Notes: a model not told the origin generated them from the sequence alone. DNA of 64,000 nt from Eledone cirrhosa (GCA_964016885.1 OZ024751.1:45632001-45696000), one strand, 5' to 3'; shown: positions 26,345-41,335, numbered from the stretch's first letter. A program made the numbers and translations.

Positions 26345-29300
26345 TAGGCAGGGAAAAGTTGATTAAATCAACCTGAATACTTATTTTTATCGACCCTGAA
26401 AGGATGAAAGGTAAAGTTGACCTTGGTGGGATTTGAACTCAGAATGTAAGAGCTGGAAAAATACTGCTACACATTTGTCCAGTGTTCTAATCATTTTATC
26501 AATCCATCACATTGACATAATAATGGTTTCTGATTTAGGCACAAGGTCAACAATTTTGAGGAAGGAGAAAGTCATTTAACTCAACCCCAGTACATTACTG
26601 GTACTTTATTTTTATCAACCTCATAAGGATGAAAGGCAAAGCTAACCTCAAAATGTAAAAGGGCTGTTAATAATAATAATTTCATTGACTATTCACCTCC
26701 TCCATTGAATGTCTGGCTTTGTGCCTGTCAGAAATTATTAATATTATTATGATTGAGGGTGGTGGATAGGTAGTATTGTAAAGGTAGGATATAAAATACT
26801 TTGATATTCGTTGCAGATCTTTACATTTCAAGTTCAAATCTTGCTGAGGTCAACTTTGTTTTTCACCCTTTCAGTGTTGGTAAACTATCAGTCTAGTACT
26901 GGTGGTTGATATTATTTACAGAACTCAGAAAGAGATTCAACTAAAAATACTGCAAGGCTTTTGAATGTGCGTCGCTCTACCAATTTTTATATAATTTTAG
27001 AACTATACTAAAGAAAATGTCTATCAAAGAAAAAAAAAATCTATTTTGGGCTTAAAAGCACATCCTAGTTTTATATGGCATTGAGCAACCAAAGGTACAA
27101 GAATCTTCCCTAGGTAGTACACAGATCTGTTACATAGTTAACTCCTAGCTACTGTTGGTACTTTTTTTTCCAGCTTAGTATACTGGAGCAATGGGGAATG
27201 AAGTGTCTTGTTGAATGGCACAATGCACTCTTCAGTCAGAGAATCAAACTCACAACCTGATTGTGAGCCCAACTCCCTAACCATTGAATTGCAGACAATA
27301 TATAACAGAAACATCATCATAGCAACAAGCTAGTATATAGAATTGAATAACTAGAGTTATAAAAGATTTTTTTAATGTGCGCACACACATATATCTATGT
27401 GTGTGTGCTGTATATATAAATATATGAACATCTGAAGAAATATACTACTGGTTCAACATTACACGAGTGAAGATTGATGATTTCTCACATAGGCTGAAGG
27501 CCAAGAGGAAGGTTGTTTAATTCAATTACTCAATCTTCAGTACATTACTGGTACTTATTTTGACCAAACCCTAGTTGGATTTTAACTCAGAATATCAACA
27601 GGAACATAACTAAGTAATGGAATTCCTTTCTGATATTCCATTTTTTTTTTTTTGTAATAATAATGTTTCTACTTTTGGCACAAGGCCAGCAATTACCCAG
27701 TATTTACCCTGGTACTTTATTTTATTAACCTCGTAAGGATGAAAGGCAAAGTTAACCTTGGTGGGATTTGAACTCAGAGAGGGAGCGACAAGTCAATTAA
27801 AGTACTTGACTAATATTTTATTTTATCAACCTTGGAAGGATAAAAAGCAAAGAGCTGGAAAAATATCACTAATGCTCTACCAATTTTACCAATCCACTGC
27901 CCTATTGCCTTATGTAATAACTCTTTCTACTTTTGGCACAAGGTCAGCGATTTGTAGAGGAGGATTAAATCAACCCCAGTACAGGTACTTTATAAATCTT
28001 GGAAGGATGAAAGACAAAGCTGATCTTAATGATAATAATGTTGGTGGTGTGGTGATGGTTTGTTAATGGCAGGAAAAAAGCGAAGCTGTGTCATTCATGT
28101 TTTTCTTCTTTTTTTTTTATTTTAACAAATCTTTTGAATAACATAATTGAAATGTGAAACTAAACCAACTGGGCTTTGGATCTCGATCACTCTGTTCAGA
28201 CCTGACTGAAACTCTATGAAGCTTTTCACAATACCATTGATATTAAAAGATGATAACAAGATGGCAAGGGTAGGAAAAATAAGTTGTGATGTTCATGCCT
28301 TTACCAGTGACATTACATACCAACTGAAGTGAAGAAAGTCAACACTGGCAGGTGGGGCTCGCTTTACTTGCAACAGAAATAGTTAATAATAAAAATTGTT
28401 TCTAACATAGCTGCAAACCAGAATTTTTTTTTTTTGGGGTGGTAGTGGTAGGGGTTTAGATTATATTGATCCCAGTACATGACTGGTACTTTATATTTTC
28501 TCAAACCTAGAAGAAAGAAAGGCAAAGGCATGATTTGAACTCAATATCACAAAGCATTTTGTTCAACACTCTACCAATACACCACCCTAATGGTAAAATC
28601 GATTAAATCTATAGCCAGTATTTGACCAGTACTTTATTTTATCGACCTTGGAAGTATGAAAAGCAAAGTTGACTTCAGCAGGAATAAAAAAAAAAACAGA
28701 ACAAATATCACAAAGAATTTTGTCGAGTGATGTTAAAATAAGTTTACATTCTGAAGCTAGAGAGAAAAAATTAAGTTAAATAGAAAGTAAATGTTGTGGT
28801 AGGGGTGTGGTAGTGGTAGCAGTAGAAGTATGTGGTTGTGAATGGATACTATGCTTCTCCCAACCCACACCCCTCTAACATTCATTAGATTTACTGGTGA
28901 CAACAACCAAAAAATTCCCTCTTAAAATTTTTTCTTTAAAACTGAACAAAAATATGAAGCGATAAAAAAAACAACAGTAACATTTTCTTTTTTTTAAATT
29001 CCACGAATTGAAGTAATGGATGATTGTTTTTTCCACGGTAGTTTATTGCATTCAGTTCTGCAAGATGGACAGCGCTGTAAGTGAAGAACCAAACTAGCTC
29101 CATCGTTTAAAAGTAATTGGAAACTTCCGTCTTACTTTGTTCAATATATACTGTAGCAGTTGTAGATGTTGTTGTTGTTATTATTATGAAGGTTTTATTC
29201 TGTGATAATAATAGTTTGTATCGTAATACATAAGTGAAACCAAAGACCAAATCTTTGGTGACAGTGCTAATAATAACAATGATAATAATAATGATTTATT

Positions 29301-29795
29301 ATTACTGAGGCATGAGGCCAGTTGTTTGAGGCATGAGGGTGGAGGGAGGGTATGTAGTTGATTGAAACAACCCCAGTGCATGACTGGTAAATATATTTTA
29401 TTGACATTCCTTCCCTGGGAGTGATAAAAGGCAAAATTGACTTCAGCAAAATCTGAACTCAGAATGTAGATAGGCAAATTTAAATACCAAGAAGCATGTA
29501 ATATGGTGTCTGACCCTTTCTGCAAATTCACTGCCTTAATGCTAATAATAAAAATAATAATAATAATGACGATGATTTCTAACATTAGCACAAGGCCACA
29601 TTTTTTTAGGGAGTGTGAGGGTGATTAGATCAAAATCCCCATTATTTATCTGGTACTTTATTTTATCAACCTTGAAAAAATAAAAGGCAAAGTTGACCGC
29701 GGCGTGATTTGAATTCAGAAGGCAAAGGGACGTAACTAAATACTGCAAGGCATTTTTTTGTCCGATGCTCTACCGATTCTGCCATCCACCATCCT
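26345..29795. mobile_element. Cluster of about 10 partial or whole Nin/Deu-like SINE copies in both orientations
   Basis: Recurrent ACTGGTACTTTATTTTATCxACC...GGATGAAAGGCAAAG. The copy at about 26757-26900 is opposite in orientation to most of the others. Confidence 0.8.
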
Positions 29796-29873
29796 TGTAA
29801 TAATAATATTAATAGTAATAGTATTGTATAGTGTTTATAGTTTGTTTTGATCGTCAGTGAGTTGTGCAGTGGT

Positions 29874-32044
29874 TCATTTAGTTTTAATCCTTGTTCGGAG
29901 GCACCGACGTGCCTCCATTATATCACGGGGCATACTGCGGATGTAGTTCCTTCTTTCTGGGGAGGGGCTTTTTGGTCGCTTTGGCACACTGGGAGCATCC
30001 AGTATGAGGCCACGTCGCAGTGAATAGGCATGGTCAGTGGGTGGCAGGGGAAGCTGTTGGGATAAAGGGGGATCTTTTGGTGTGGAGACAATGTGTATTT
30101 TAGGGACATGTAAAGCAAACTGTGAGTCGGACGTCTCTGAGACGGATAGGGGAGGGACTGAAAGGGAGCGCACAGAACTGGAAGCTTTGTTGCCTTTTAA
30201 AGTCTGTATATGGGGTGAGTGGATGTCTCTGGACACACTCTCTCGACAACTGTCCTTCGACAAATCTATCACTTCATCATTCATCAAATAGTTCGAAGAA
30301 TTCATCAACTCATGACGTATCTTCTTTGGAGAGTCGAGAGAGCCAACACTGGCCGGAGTCGATGGACGTTTCACATTGGTCATCTCGGGTACTAACAGGT
30401 GTGAGTCACTTTTGATGGACAATACAGAGCTCGGCCGTGGTAACGTGTTGCTGCTTTTACTAGGCATCTGGAATGATGCACATGTGATGCACTCCTTTGG
30501 AACATTTTTGCCAACCGTTGTTGCAATACGGTTGCGCGTCTGCAGCGTCATATCCAGACTGGTGCTACTGCTGATGCTACTACTGCTGCTTCTGTTGCCG
30601 TTGACGTAGTTTGGGGTCAAACTGAGATGTTCTGTTAGGTTCCGAGGTTTGACATCTTCACATTCTGAAGATGTCTCCTCTTCCTTCTCCTCCTCCTTGC
30701 TACCATTGGTCGTCGTCGTCGTCGAAGTGGTGGATGACTGCTTGAGTAACTTCTCAATCTGTTCTGCTTTCATTGGTACTGGAATTGGGATTGGGACTGG
30801 AAATGGTAGAGGGATGAGGAAGGGAAAGGGGATAATAACTGTCTGGGGAGGGATACCCAAGGACGTCCAATTAGGGGCTGGCATTGGAAAGGTAGGCATG
30901 GTGGGGTTTGGACCAGAGGCAGAGTTACTGTCGCCTGTTTGGGGCATCTGTGGTGGGAAGGGCATCATGGGATATCCGGGTGGCCACATTGGGGGAAGGA
31001 AGTGGTGAGTTCTAGGAATATTTGAAGCTTTGTTTGATGTGTTGGGGGCAACATTAGGACTCTGTGACTGCCTCTGAGATATGTCAGGGGAAGCAGAGGC
31101 ATTTGGTGTGAGAGAAGGAGCAGGCGTGGAAGAAGAAGCAGTACTAACGTGGCGACTGTGAGGTCGGGTTTCAGGCATATGTGGTGGGGCAGTACCTGGC
31201 ATGAGAGGGTTGAATGGAGGATTGAACATTCCTGGGTAAACCATTGGAGGAAAACCCCCAAAAGCTGGATAACCTGGGCCAAGAGAGGCCATCATCTGTG
31301 CTTGGTGGTGCCACCAATTGTTCATGGCTGCTGGTGTGGGAAACATAGGTGGGATAAGTTGTGCTGGGGGTTGAGGTGGGCGTTTTGGTAAAGGGGTCAC
31401 TGCAGGACTTGTTGTGTGGCTCGGCTCTTTATGAATACGTTTGACTAACCTTTCTTTAAGGGACTTCTCTACATTGAACTTGTCAGCATGTTTATCATGT
31501 GAATTTGATGAAGAAGCTGAACTTTCTGGGTTGTCAATGTGACTGGACAGAATTTTGTGTTTCTCGGCAGAGTCTTTGGGTTTATTATTAACATTCTTGG
31601 CCTCGTCAGAAGCTCGAAACTTCTTACTCCGCCGTGCAAAGTCTTCTTGCAGCCAGAGGTCTGGAGTGATAAGGATCTGTTTGTCGTCAGGAACGCCATT
31701 GGAAGAGGAATTGGTGTCTAATGATGACTGGATTTGCTGCAAATGTTCCTGGGTTTCCTGACAGAAAATATTCATCTTATATTGGTTGAGGCATTTCTCA
31801 CTACAGAACTGTAACTGCTGTTCACCGTCCTGGAAATCGACATAGTTCACCGTGTGACGGACGTGTTTACACCAATCACAGATCTTGTTCTTCTTGAATG
31901 ACGCACGGCGGCACTGAGTGAAACAAACCTCACTGCAGAATACTTTGGAACCATTCAATGTCTTTAGAGTGAACAACTTCAGACCGGGCTTCTGACACCA
32001 AGCACAGATAATGTAACCTGACGGCAGCTTCTCATTGTTGTAAG
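29874..32044 (-). CDS. SOBP: Sine oculis-binding protein homologue, large terminal coding exon (5' exons not found)
   Basis: Acceptor tttcag|CT at 32044, with an open frame to TGA at 29874. Two FCS zinc fingers (CAWCQK...FCSEVCF and CDWCKHVRH...QFCSEKCLNQYKMNIF), a Pro-rich region, the box PPQTVIIPFPFLIPLPFPVPIPIPVP and VIDLS. Confidence 0.93.
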
Positions 32045-33051
32045 CTGAAAAATAGAAAAGAAAGAAAAAAAATCACATATTAGAAAAGTGAAAAAGATTT
32101 TGTTAACACATACATGGACATAGATACGTACACATACTTTCATCAGCATGACCTCACTGAGTTACTAAGAGATGGAGATGTGTTGTGGTGTTAATGCCTT
32201 TACAAGTGGTCACATAATTTAACAACATCAATACGCTACATTGTCAACATAACTGTTAGTGAAATAAAGATTTCTTCATTGTAGGAAAGCCGATTATATC
32301 AACTCCGCTCTTTACTGGTACTTTATTTTATCAACCCAGAAAGATGAAAGGCAAAGCTAACCTCGGTAGGATTTGAACTCAGAACGCAACGAGCCAGAAA
32401 AAAAATGCTGCAATAATATTTTATCCGACGGTCTAACAATTCTTCCCATCCAATAATGACTTCGTTTCAGTGTTGTTGAAATATTAATATCACACTAATT
32501 ATACTCCGACTTGTCTACAAGGGTTATTCCCCTTTGACCTGGTTAAGAGAGTGAAGTAGTGCGTGTGTGTATATGTGTGTCTATGTAGAAGTGCTTATGC
32601 AGAACTTGCAAACGTGTTGATCTATTCCAGTTTTCAATATGAAGTTCTGCAACATGGCTAGTGCAGCATGACAGAAACGGGGGAAGGGGGTGTACATTAT
32701 TATTTCATCACTCGTCAGCCTGGTCAGTCTAATAATTACGAGAGGTGTTCAGCCATAACCACCCTGTCTCTTGTTCAGGTGTGATTTGAGGGAGATTTGG
32801 CTGCTGTTGTTAGGAGGCTGAACGACCAAATATTCCTTATTGGCTTATAACATGGTTTGTGGAATAGATTAGAGAATTATGGGTAGGTGCAGGTATGGTT
32901 GTGTGGTTAAGGAGTTCGCTTCACAACCCACATGGTTTTAGGTTCCGTCCTACTGTGTGGCACCTTAGGCAAGTGTCTTTTACTATAACCTTGGACTGAC
33001 CAATGCTTTATGCGTGAAATTTGGCTGATGGAAACTGTAGAAGCCTATCAT

Positions 33052-33086
<35 letters not shown>

Positions 33087-33184
33087 GAATGGTGTGCTCA
33101 TGGGCAGAGATGCTATAAAATAGCTTATAAAATAGGGTGAAGACCCTTAAAGGCAGAAAAAGGAGTTGCTATTGGCTGCTACAG

Positions 33185-33218
<34 letters not shown>

Positions 33219-33547
33219 TACATATCATCATCATGTTCATTTTTCATGAATAGAAGTAGCTGGTTAAGGATGTTTATCATTTCTTTCAATTTATAGGGAG
33301 ACATATTTGGTATGTTTGCATGTCTAAAAGTGTGTAAGTTTATATACACATGTAAGAAGTTTCAGATACTTCAAATCTGTATATATACAGATAGAACCTT
33401 ATCTTATATACACACATCTACATACATGTATATATATAGTGTTCATACGATACACACATAAGCATATATATGTATATATATATATATAATAATAAAATAT
33501 GGAGAGGAATATATTTTTCTTCCTAATAATCGTCTCTTTCTCCCTGT

Positions 33548-33584
<37 letters not shown>

Positions 33585-33626
33585 TTTATGTGACACACAC
33601 ACATATATATATATAGACACACAACA

Positions 33627-33660
<34 letters not shown>

Positions 33661-35446
33661 GTTTATATATATATATAAAATGGGTTACAAAAATAAAATA
33701 AAATATGAAAAATAAAATAAAATATGAATTTCTGATAGCTTCTGCTTACATGAATGTTAGGGAGTCCCAAACTAGAGGCCTGTGCTGAAATTGGAGCCCA
33801 TCAGGAATGGGGTGGCATTGAGGGGTAGTGTATGGAGACCTATCTATGAAATCCAACACATTGAATCCATTTGTCTGGAGTCTCAGATCAAATATCAAAG
33901 ACCCGGATATGTGACAAGAGGATAAAATGTATTGGATTTCACTGAGATTCTGTTCACAGGTCTGCAAATTACAGGAAGGCTATGCACTAGATTTGGCTAG
34001 GTCGGTGGTGGGTGAGCAGCTAAATATGGTGGCTGTGGTGGCGATGACTGTGGTGGTGGTTGTAGTGGTAGCATCGGGTTCTCCATTACCATGCCCACCA
34101 CATTTGCTATACACTTACATCGAATCAAAAGCATATCTTTACTAATCATACACTTATATACACATCTATATTACACACGAACACTGAGACAAACACACAT
34201 GTGATAAGATATAAATAATTTTATAAATTTAATTATATACATATATCACTTTTGCATTCATTTGTGAGTGTTTAATATATGTATTCATTATTATTAAATA
34301 TACATCACTCTACTCATATAATAAATTTTGTTTCTCCAGTTTCTGAAACCAAATCCACACACACACACACATACACACACTTGTTGCTTTTGCATAATTT
34401 AAAAACATGTACATACAATTTATATGTAACACATGCGTATTTATATATATATATATGCACACACACATTTTCACTTGATAGTCTTGTATTCTTTACATCC
34501 TTTTCAATACTTCAACACCACCACCCAATCCTTATTAAATCAGTAACCCTTTTCCAATGATGACCACCTCCTCCTTATAACCATCCTGGTACCAATCAGA
34601 GTGTAAGACATTTGAATCTATTCCATCTCATTCTATTATCATTTTTCGTCTGTATGTATGTAATTACAATATTACAATATATGTGTGTGTGTGTGACTTG
34701 TTAAATTAATGTGTAAAATTGTTGAGTACTTCACAAACATGTGCACCCTAAATGTAATTCTTACATGTGACACAATATGTGACAAGGTTGGCACTCAATG
34801 AAATACAGATACAGTTCATTGGACAGGTTTACACAGTTTTTCTCAAGCCAATTTTACTCACAAGACTTTAGGGAACCCAAGGCTAACCCAGGATCTCATG
34901 ATTGGGAATTGAATGTTTTAAATATTCATCTATGCCTACATCAACATCCCACTGTATAGGACAACACCATTCAACTCTCCGAGGTAATAATTATCTGTTG
35001 CCTATATCTCATATCATGTTTACTGGATTAGAATGAAGGGAAGTACACAGAATTAAGTGTTTGTCTCAAATACACAATTAGATCTGCAGTAGATTTAAAC
35101 CAAAGACCTGTGAGTTGCCAATCTGACACACCACTGTCCCCTCAAATACTCAAATTTCTTGTGGGGCTATTTTATGGTTTAGTTGTGGTGGCAGTGTTCA
35201 TGGTGTTGGTTGTGGTGGCAGTGGTGGTGGTGTTGATTGTTTCAGACACACACATCTGGTTTGACAAATATAAACCCACCCCCTCTGCTCTACCCTCTTT
35301 AGATATCTTACATATGGTAAAATAATGGTGGGGTGGGGATGTTTGATGGAATCACTGGTTTTCTTTGTTGTTTAAATGAAAATATGGAGTAAATTTAGAT
35401 AAGTGAAGTACTGTATCCACCACCACCATCAATACTATCACACAGA

Positions 35447-35486
<40 letters not shown>

Positions 35487-36084
35487 ACATAGGTACAGGC
35501 ATGGCTGTGTGGTTAAGAAGTTTCCTTTACAACCATTTAGTTTTACTTTTCATCTTATTGTGTAGCACCTTGGGCAGGCTTTTGGGTGAAATTTGATATA
35601 CAAAAACTGTGTGGAAACCCATTGGTGCCTGAAGAAACTCAGAGAGAGAGAGAGAGGGGGGAGAGAGAAAGAGAGAGGGAGAGAGAGAGAGTGTGTGTGT
35701 GTGTGTGTGTGTGAGATTGTATGAATCTTCAGTTCCTTTTGTTCCCTATAGAGTATTGGGTGACAAGAGATCTCCATAGCTTAGCAGATTGACAAGGATC
35801 AATAGTATATATATATTACATTTTAAAATAAAGTACAAAGTGGCATTATGAAGGACATCTGGCTGTAGAATACTGGCTCAAAATATCTTGTATATTCTAT
35901 GCAAGCATGGAAAAGCAGATGTAAAAATGATGACACACACACATATATATGAGTTAATTATATAATCATTTTATGCGTACATTAGTGGGGTATCAAACTT
36001 AGTAAAATTTCATTTCATTGCAAATTGATGCTAAAGTTATTTTCTATTAAACTTATTTTTTCATAAATGACAAATTTAAAATGT

Positions 36085-36345
36085 ATGTCACTGGTCAGTT
36101 GACATGTTTGTGTATGTCACTTGTCAGTTGGCAAATATGTCAGTGGTCAGTTGACATGTGTGTGTGTATCATTGGTGTGAGTGTCAGTGGTCAGTTGATG
36201 TGTGTGTGTGTGTGTGTCATTGATATGAGTGTCAGTGGTCAGTTGACAAGTGTGTCAATGGTCAGTTAACAAGTGTATCACTGGTCAGTTGACAGATGTG
36301 TCAATAGACAGTTGATAAGTATGAGTGTTAGTGGTCAGTCAACAA
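36085..36345. repeat. Degenerate minisatellite (GTCAxTGGTCAGTTGAC units)
   Basis: About 10 irregular units. Confidence 0.8.
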
Positions 36346-37629
36346 ATCGGCTCTGAGTGGTTTGAGCTCTCTCTCAGAATGGAGATAAACATATCAAAAT
36401 GGTTCTAACATTTAAACTAACAGTCCAATTTTATACATAATTGGTGTCATTTGCTTTTAAGCATGTATTCATATTTACAGGCCATTTATATATCTATGGT
36501 GTACTGTGTTTGTGGTAAAAGTATGAATCCATTAAAATGTGAAATTTTATATAATTTTCAGAGAATTAACAATTTCTTTTTCTTGTCCAAGTTGATGAAA
36601 GCTGATATCTCCACCAAAAGCTTAAATATAACATAAAGAGTAAACATTTGCAAACAACTTGAAATAACTGGTTTGTGTAGATTGTAAGGTGATGACTGAT
36701 TTCTTGTCTGTTGTTTTCAGGTTTTGGTGGCTGTGAAGAAACTGAGTGTGTGTGAGGGAGAGACAGTGTGTGTGTGAGTTTGATTGAGTGTGTGTGTGAG
36801 TGTGTTATGCCTAAAAGAAACCAATGAAAAACTTGTCTGTCCACCTGACAATCAGGTTACTGTGTGTAGAGAAGAACCATACCGAAATATCATATGTCAC
36901 TATCATCTGTTCAAAGAATTTCATGCAGCATCCCATCCTAATATACAACTTTCAAATTCTTTTATTCTTTTACTGGTTTCAGTCATAAGACTACAGCCAT
37001 GATGAAGCACTGCCTTGATGGGATTTTGTTAGTTATATCTGTACTTGTTTTATTGGTACCTTTTTGTCAAACTGCTAAGTTTTGGGATGAGACATACCCA
37101 AACACACACATATATATATGACAGATTTTCTTGCAATTTCTCTCAACCAAATTCCATTCACAAGGCATTGGGTTGCTCAAGGTGTTATGCTGTGGAACCA
37201 AACACTAAACCACAAGGCTGCAAAGCAAACTTCTGAACTACACATTTATGAAGAATTTATGTGAAAAAAAATCTTGTATCCTTGTACCAAATATCTTATA
37301 TTTATCAACAAGTGAAAAAATGTTATTTACAAATGATACCACCCACAAGAAAAATATCAAAATGGTCAAGTTCAAATTCTAACCAAGATTTGTTCCTCTT
37401 TTATGATGAGGAAACAAGTGGAATTGGTCATTGTTTCTACACACAACTATACTGAAGATATTTATCATCATCATCACCATCTAATGTCTGTTCTTCCTGT
37501 TTGGCTATACTGAAGATATTCATGACAAAACAGTACTATTTAATGTCTGATTCATTCATAGGAATGAAATAGTTCTAGTCCTGTAGAAGTCATTTCTATA
37601 TATATATATATATGATGGTGATATATATT

Positions 37630-37795
37630 CAAAAAGTAAACAGAAATAATAAAGCTTATGACACAGTACAATGAAGAAATATATTAGTTTAATGCTTGGT
37701 GTAAAAAGAGAATCTTAACGTTTCGACACTAGTCCTTCATCAGAAGATAGAATGAGAAGAGGAAGAAACAGAAAAAAAAGTTTCTAGAAAAAACA
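37630..37795 (-). mobile_element. Hammerhead-bearing short element (family shared with 40757 and 41120)
   Basis: Minus 37713-37747 reads TCTT-CTGATGA-AG GAC TAGT GTC-GAAA-CG-TT-AAGA. It ends at (TA)n. Confidence 0.65.
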
Positions 37796-37803
37796 CATGC
37801 ATA

Positions 37804-37840
<37 letters not shown>

Positions 37841-38166
37841 CCATATATGGTGATGTGTGTGTGTCTGAAAGGGTAGGCTTGATCTAAGAAGTCTCAGTTT
37901 CCTCAAACTGCCCCCCCCCCTCCCAGTGAGAAGATTGGGTGGGGAGAGGGAAGAGATAGCCAGGGTTAGAAGTGGGTAGTAAGAAGATACACACACTGGT
38001 GTTTATCTTCTTCCTTCTCACCACCATACAGAATGGAGAGGAAGGGTGGGAGACAGTAGTAACAAGAGAGGACACACTGGTCTTTATCCCCCCCCCCCCC
38101 CAATTTGTGTGAGTCAGGAAGACATTGGATTCTAGATTCCTGCTCCAGAATATATATATATATATA

Positions 38167-38201
<35 letters not shown>

Positions 38202-38252
38202 GTCTGTATATATATATATTTATATATATACACACACATATATATACACACC

Positions 38253-38341
<89 letters not shown>

Positions 38342-38738
38342 CTATATCAACATGTCACCCAGTGTTTATAGTATATAATGTGTATATATATCCAAACATT
38401 CACACACATATATGTATAAACGCATGTAATATATACTCTTGCACACATACACACACGCATATATATGTCCACACAGACAATGCTTATAGTGTTTAACTCT
38501 ATAGATGTATGTGGTACCTAGTTACAACCATGCCAGACTGTGGACCATTCACTTGATAAATAGATAGAGTGTAGTTTTAGGAGAAGATGCCAAATGCCAA
38601 GTCTTCAGCTGTTCCTAAGATAACCTAATCTATCATCTCAGCAATCCATGTCTCATACACAAATACAGGCATATACACACACACAAACAGTGTGTGTATA
38701 TATGTATATATATCATTAAAGTCCTTTTTCCCTGCTAG

Positions 38739-38774
<36 letters not shown>

Positions 38775-39332
38775 AAACATATCTTTAGCAATCCAAACCT
38801 CCAAAATTCTAAAGTTACACACTACACCCACCTACCATTTTTACTCACTGCCCCCCTCTCCCCCGCTTTTGTTTTTTTTTGTTTTGAGCGGGGGGGGGGG
38901 GTTTATGTAGTGGGGAGTGAAGGGGAAGGGAGAGTTAGGGGGAACAACCCCCCACTCTCCAATGGCCATCTCTCTCTAGATTGGATTACTTAAGATTCTC
39001 TCCAATGCCATTTATAGCTGAAGTTTACTTTGATAATGGCTGCAGGGTTCAGTAGGTGGTGGTGTAGCTGTGGTGGAGGATGGGTCGTGTGGTGGGAGGT
39101 GGGGGGGCTTGGTGATGTGGTCAAATCAGTATTGGTAGTGGTAGGCATGGGGTGTGGCCGGGTGGAGTGATGGTGATTTCATTGGTGTTGTGGTTGGTCT
39201 ACTTGTTGTTTTTGTTATTAGTGTTGCTGCAGTTGATGTAAAATTCAGACTTTTTTTTATTAAAATAGTTTCGGTTTATGCATTAGAAAGTAAGGATGAA
39301 GAGAGAGATTGAGTGAGAGGTTGGACTTGTGT

Positions 39333-39375
<43 letters not shown>

Positions 39376-39712
39376 CGTGTGTGTGTGTATGTGTGTGTAT
39401 GTGTGTGTGCGTGTGTGTGTATGTGTGTATGTGAATATTCCTTAGACACATGGTTTTGAATATATCATAAAATTCTGTATACACACAATATATAAGAAAC
39501 ATATACACATACACACACACATAGTCGTTTATCTTGCTGATTAACGTATGTGTGCACTCTGAATAATAGGTTTGTATTTCTCATGTACAAACCTTATTAT
39601 ATCATTGAGGGAGTAAGTGATGGCTGGAGCTATACCAATTCTTTTTGACTAGCATTGTAAAACCTATATATATGCTTGCATATATGCATGTTTGTTTAGT
39701 TGGTGGTTATAT

Positions 39713-39775
<63 letters not shown>

Positions 39776-40756
39776 CCTGTGTGTGTGATAAAGCTAACGA
39801 AAACCTAAAAATTCTTGATTGAAAATTATGTTGAAACCTGAATCTATTGACAAAACATCACCACACAAATAATTCACCATGATTTGACTTGGCAAAGAGG
39901 TTAGGAGTTAGGTAAGTGGGGGAGCTATTCATATCTAACCAGACACTCTGGTAGTTGACCAGGTCAGCCTGAGAAAGGCATGGCAAATTCTGTTCTGGGT
40001 TTGGTACTGATTTTTATCCAAAGAGCTAGACAATCTTAGTGTTGCAACATAGTTCCAGTCTGAAACAAATTATCAGTCCCAACCCCAAATATTGGAGAAA
40101 TTTATCTGGGGGCTACTCTTCCTTATTATCCACACAGTGGTTGTTCTGGAGTCTACTTTTTACCAGTGATACTCTCCCTTGTTATCCCAACAGAGGCTGT
40201 TCCAGTTTCTACTCTTTATCAGTGATTCTCTCCCTTATCATCCACACAGTGGCTGTTCCAGTTTCTACTCTTTACCAGTGATGTCCCCTGTTATCTACCC
40301 AGTAGCTGTCCCTTGTTATCCACACAGAGGCCGTTTTACTTCACATTGGATCATTATTAACAACAGAGGCAGTCATGCTTCACACTGGAACTTTCTTAGC
40401 CACACAATCTGAAGATAAATTGCTCCCATGTTTTCAGAGAGCCAAAAAATTATCGATGTGTTGACTAATCGAAAGCACACACACATATATATGTATACCC
40501 ATATAATGCATGTACAATTACACATACATACACATACCTGCATCTTTTATTGCCCTCTGAAACTATCGTAAAACAGTAGATTAACTAAATACTAAATCTT
40601 GTCTTATTTGCCTCATTGTTTAACGTCAGGTATCTGACTCTGTAGTTTTTGAATATTCAATGACATGTATTCAGATACTTTTTCACAAAAACTAATCCCA
40701 CTTTGTTTTGATGGGATATTCACATGAACACTATATATATATATATATATATATAT

Positions 40757-40995
40757 GTAAAAGGTAAACAGAAATAACAACACAATCGGTACAGTATATG
40801 GAAGGGATATATTAGGTTAACGCTTGATATAGCAGGAAGAGGCTCTTAACGTTTCGGACGCTAGTCCTTTATCAGAAGAAAGAATGAGAAATAAGACAGA
40901 TTGAGGGGACGGGCGAGTTGGAAGTGGAAAAAATGTCTTTAGATAAAAATAACAGGTCCATTCATGTTGACATCTCTTGCAAAACTGTTGGTGCT
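40757..40995 (-). mobile_element. Hammerhead-bearing short element, core mutated
   Basis: Minus 40844-40879 reads TCTT-CTGATAA-A GGAC TAGC GTCC-GAAA-CG-TT-AAGA. (TA)n flanks. Confidence 0.65.
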
Positions 40996-41119
40996 GGCGT
41001 TTATATATATATATATAGCACAACTAAAATTTGTTATAAATATATTTATATATCATATAAATATAACCCATGCAAGCATGGGAAAATGGACGTTAAACGA
41101 TGATGATGACAACCTGAAT

Positions 41120-41335
41120 AGACCTGATTTTTCTCAAAGAAATTTTCTTCATTTCTGCCACAGCTCACTCTCTTTTATCTTTCCATTTCTTCTTTAAGTT
41201 CTCATTCTATTTTCTGATGAAGAACTAGCATCAGAAACGTTAAGACATTTTTTCTACTATATCAAGCAAAAAAATAATATATTTCTTCATTGTACTGTAT
41301 CGTTTGCTTTATTATTTCTGTTTGCCTTTTGCATA
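41120..41335 (+). mobile_element. Hammerhead-bearing short element, stem II decayed
   Basis: 41210-41245 reads TTTT-CTGATGA-AGAACTAGCATCA-GAAA-CG-TT-AAGA. Confidence 0.6.

Noticed and set aside
33750-33961. Possible upstream SOBP exon (ttgcag...gtaagc on the minus strand)
   Set aside because: The long open frame ends in phase 2, whereas the 32044 acceptor needs phase 1, and the phase-compatible frame has a stop. No SOBP similarity.
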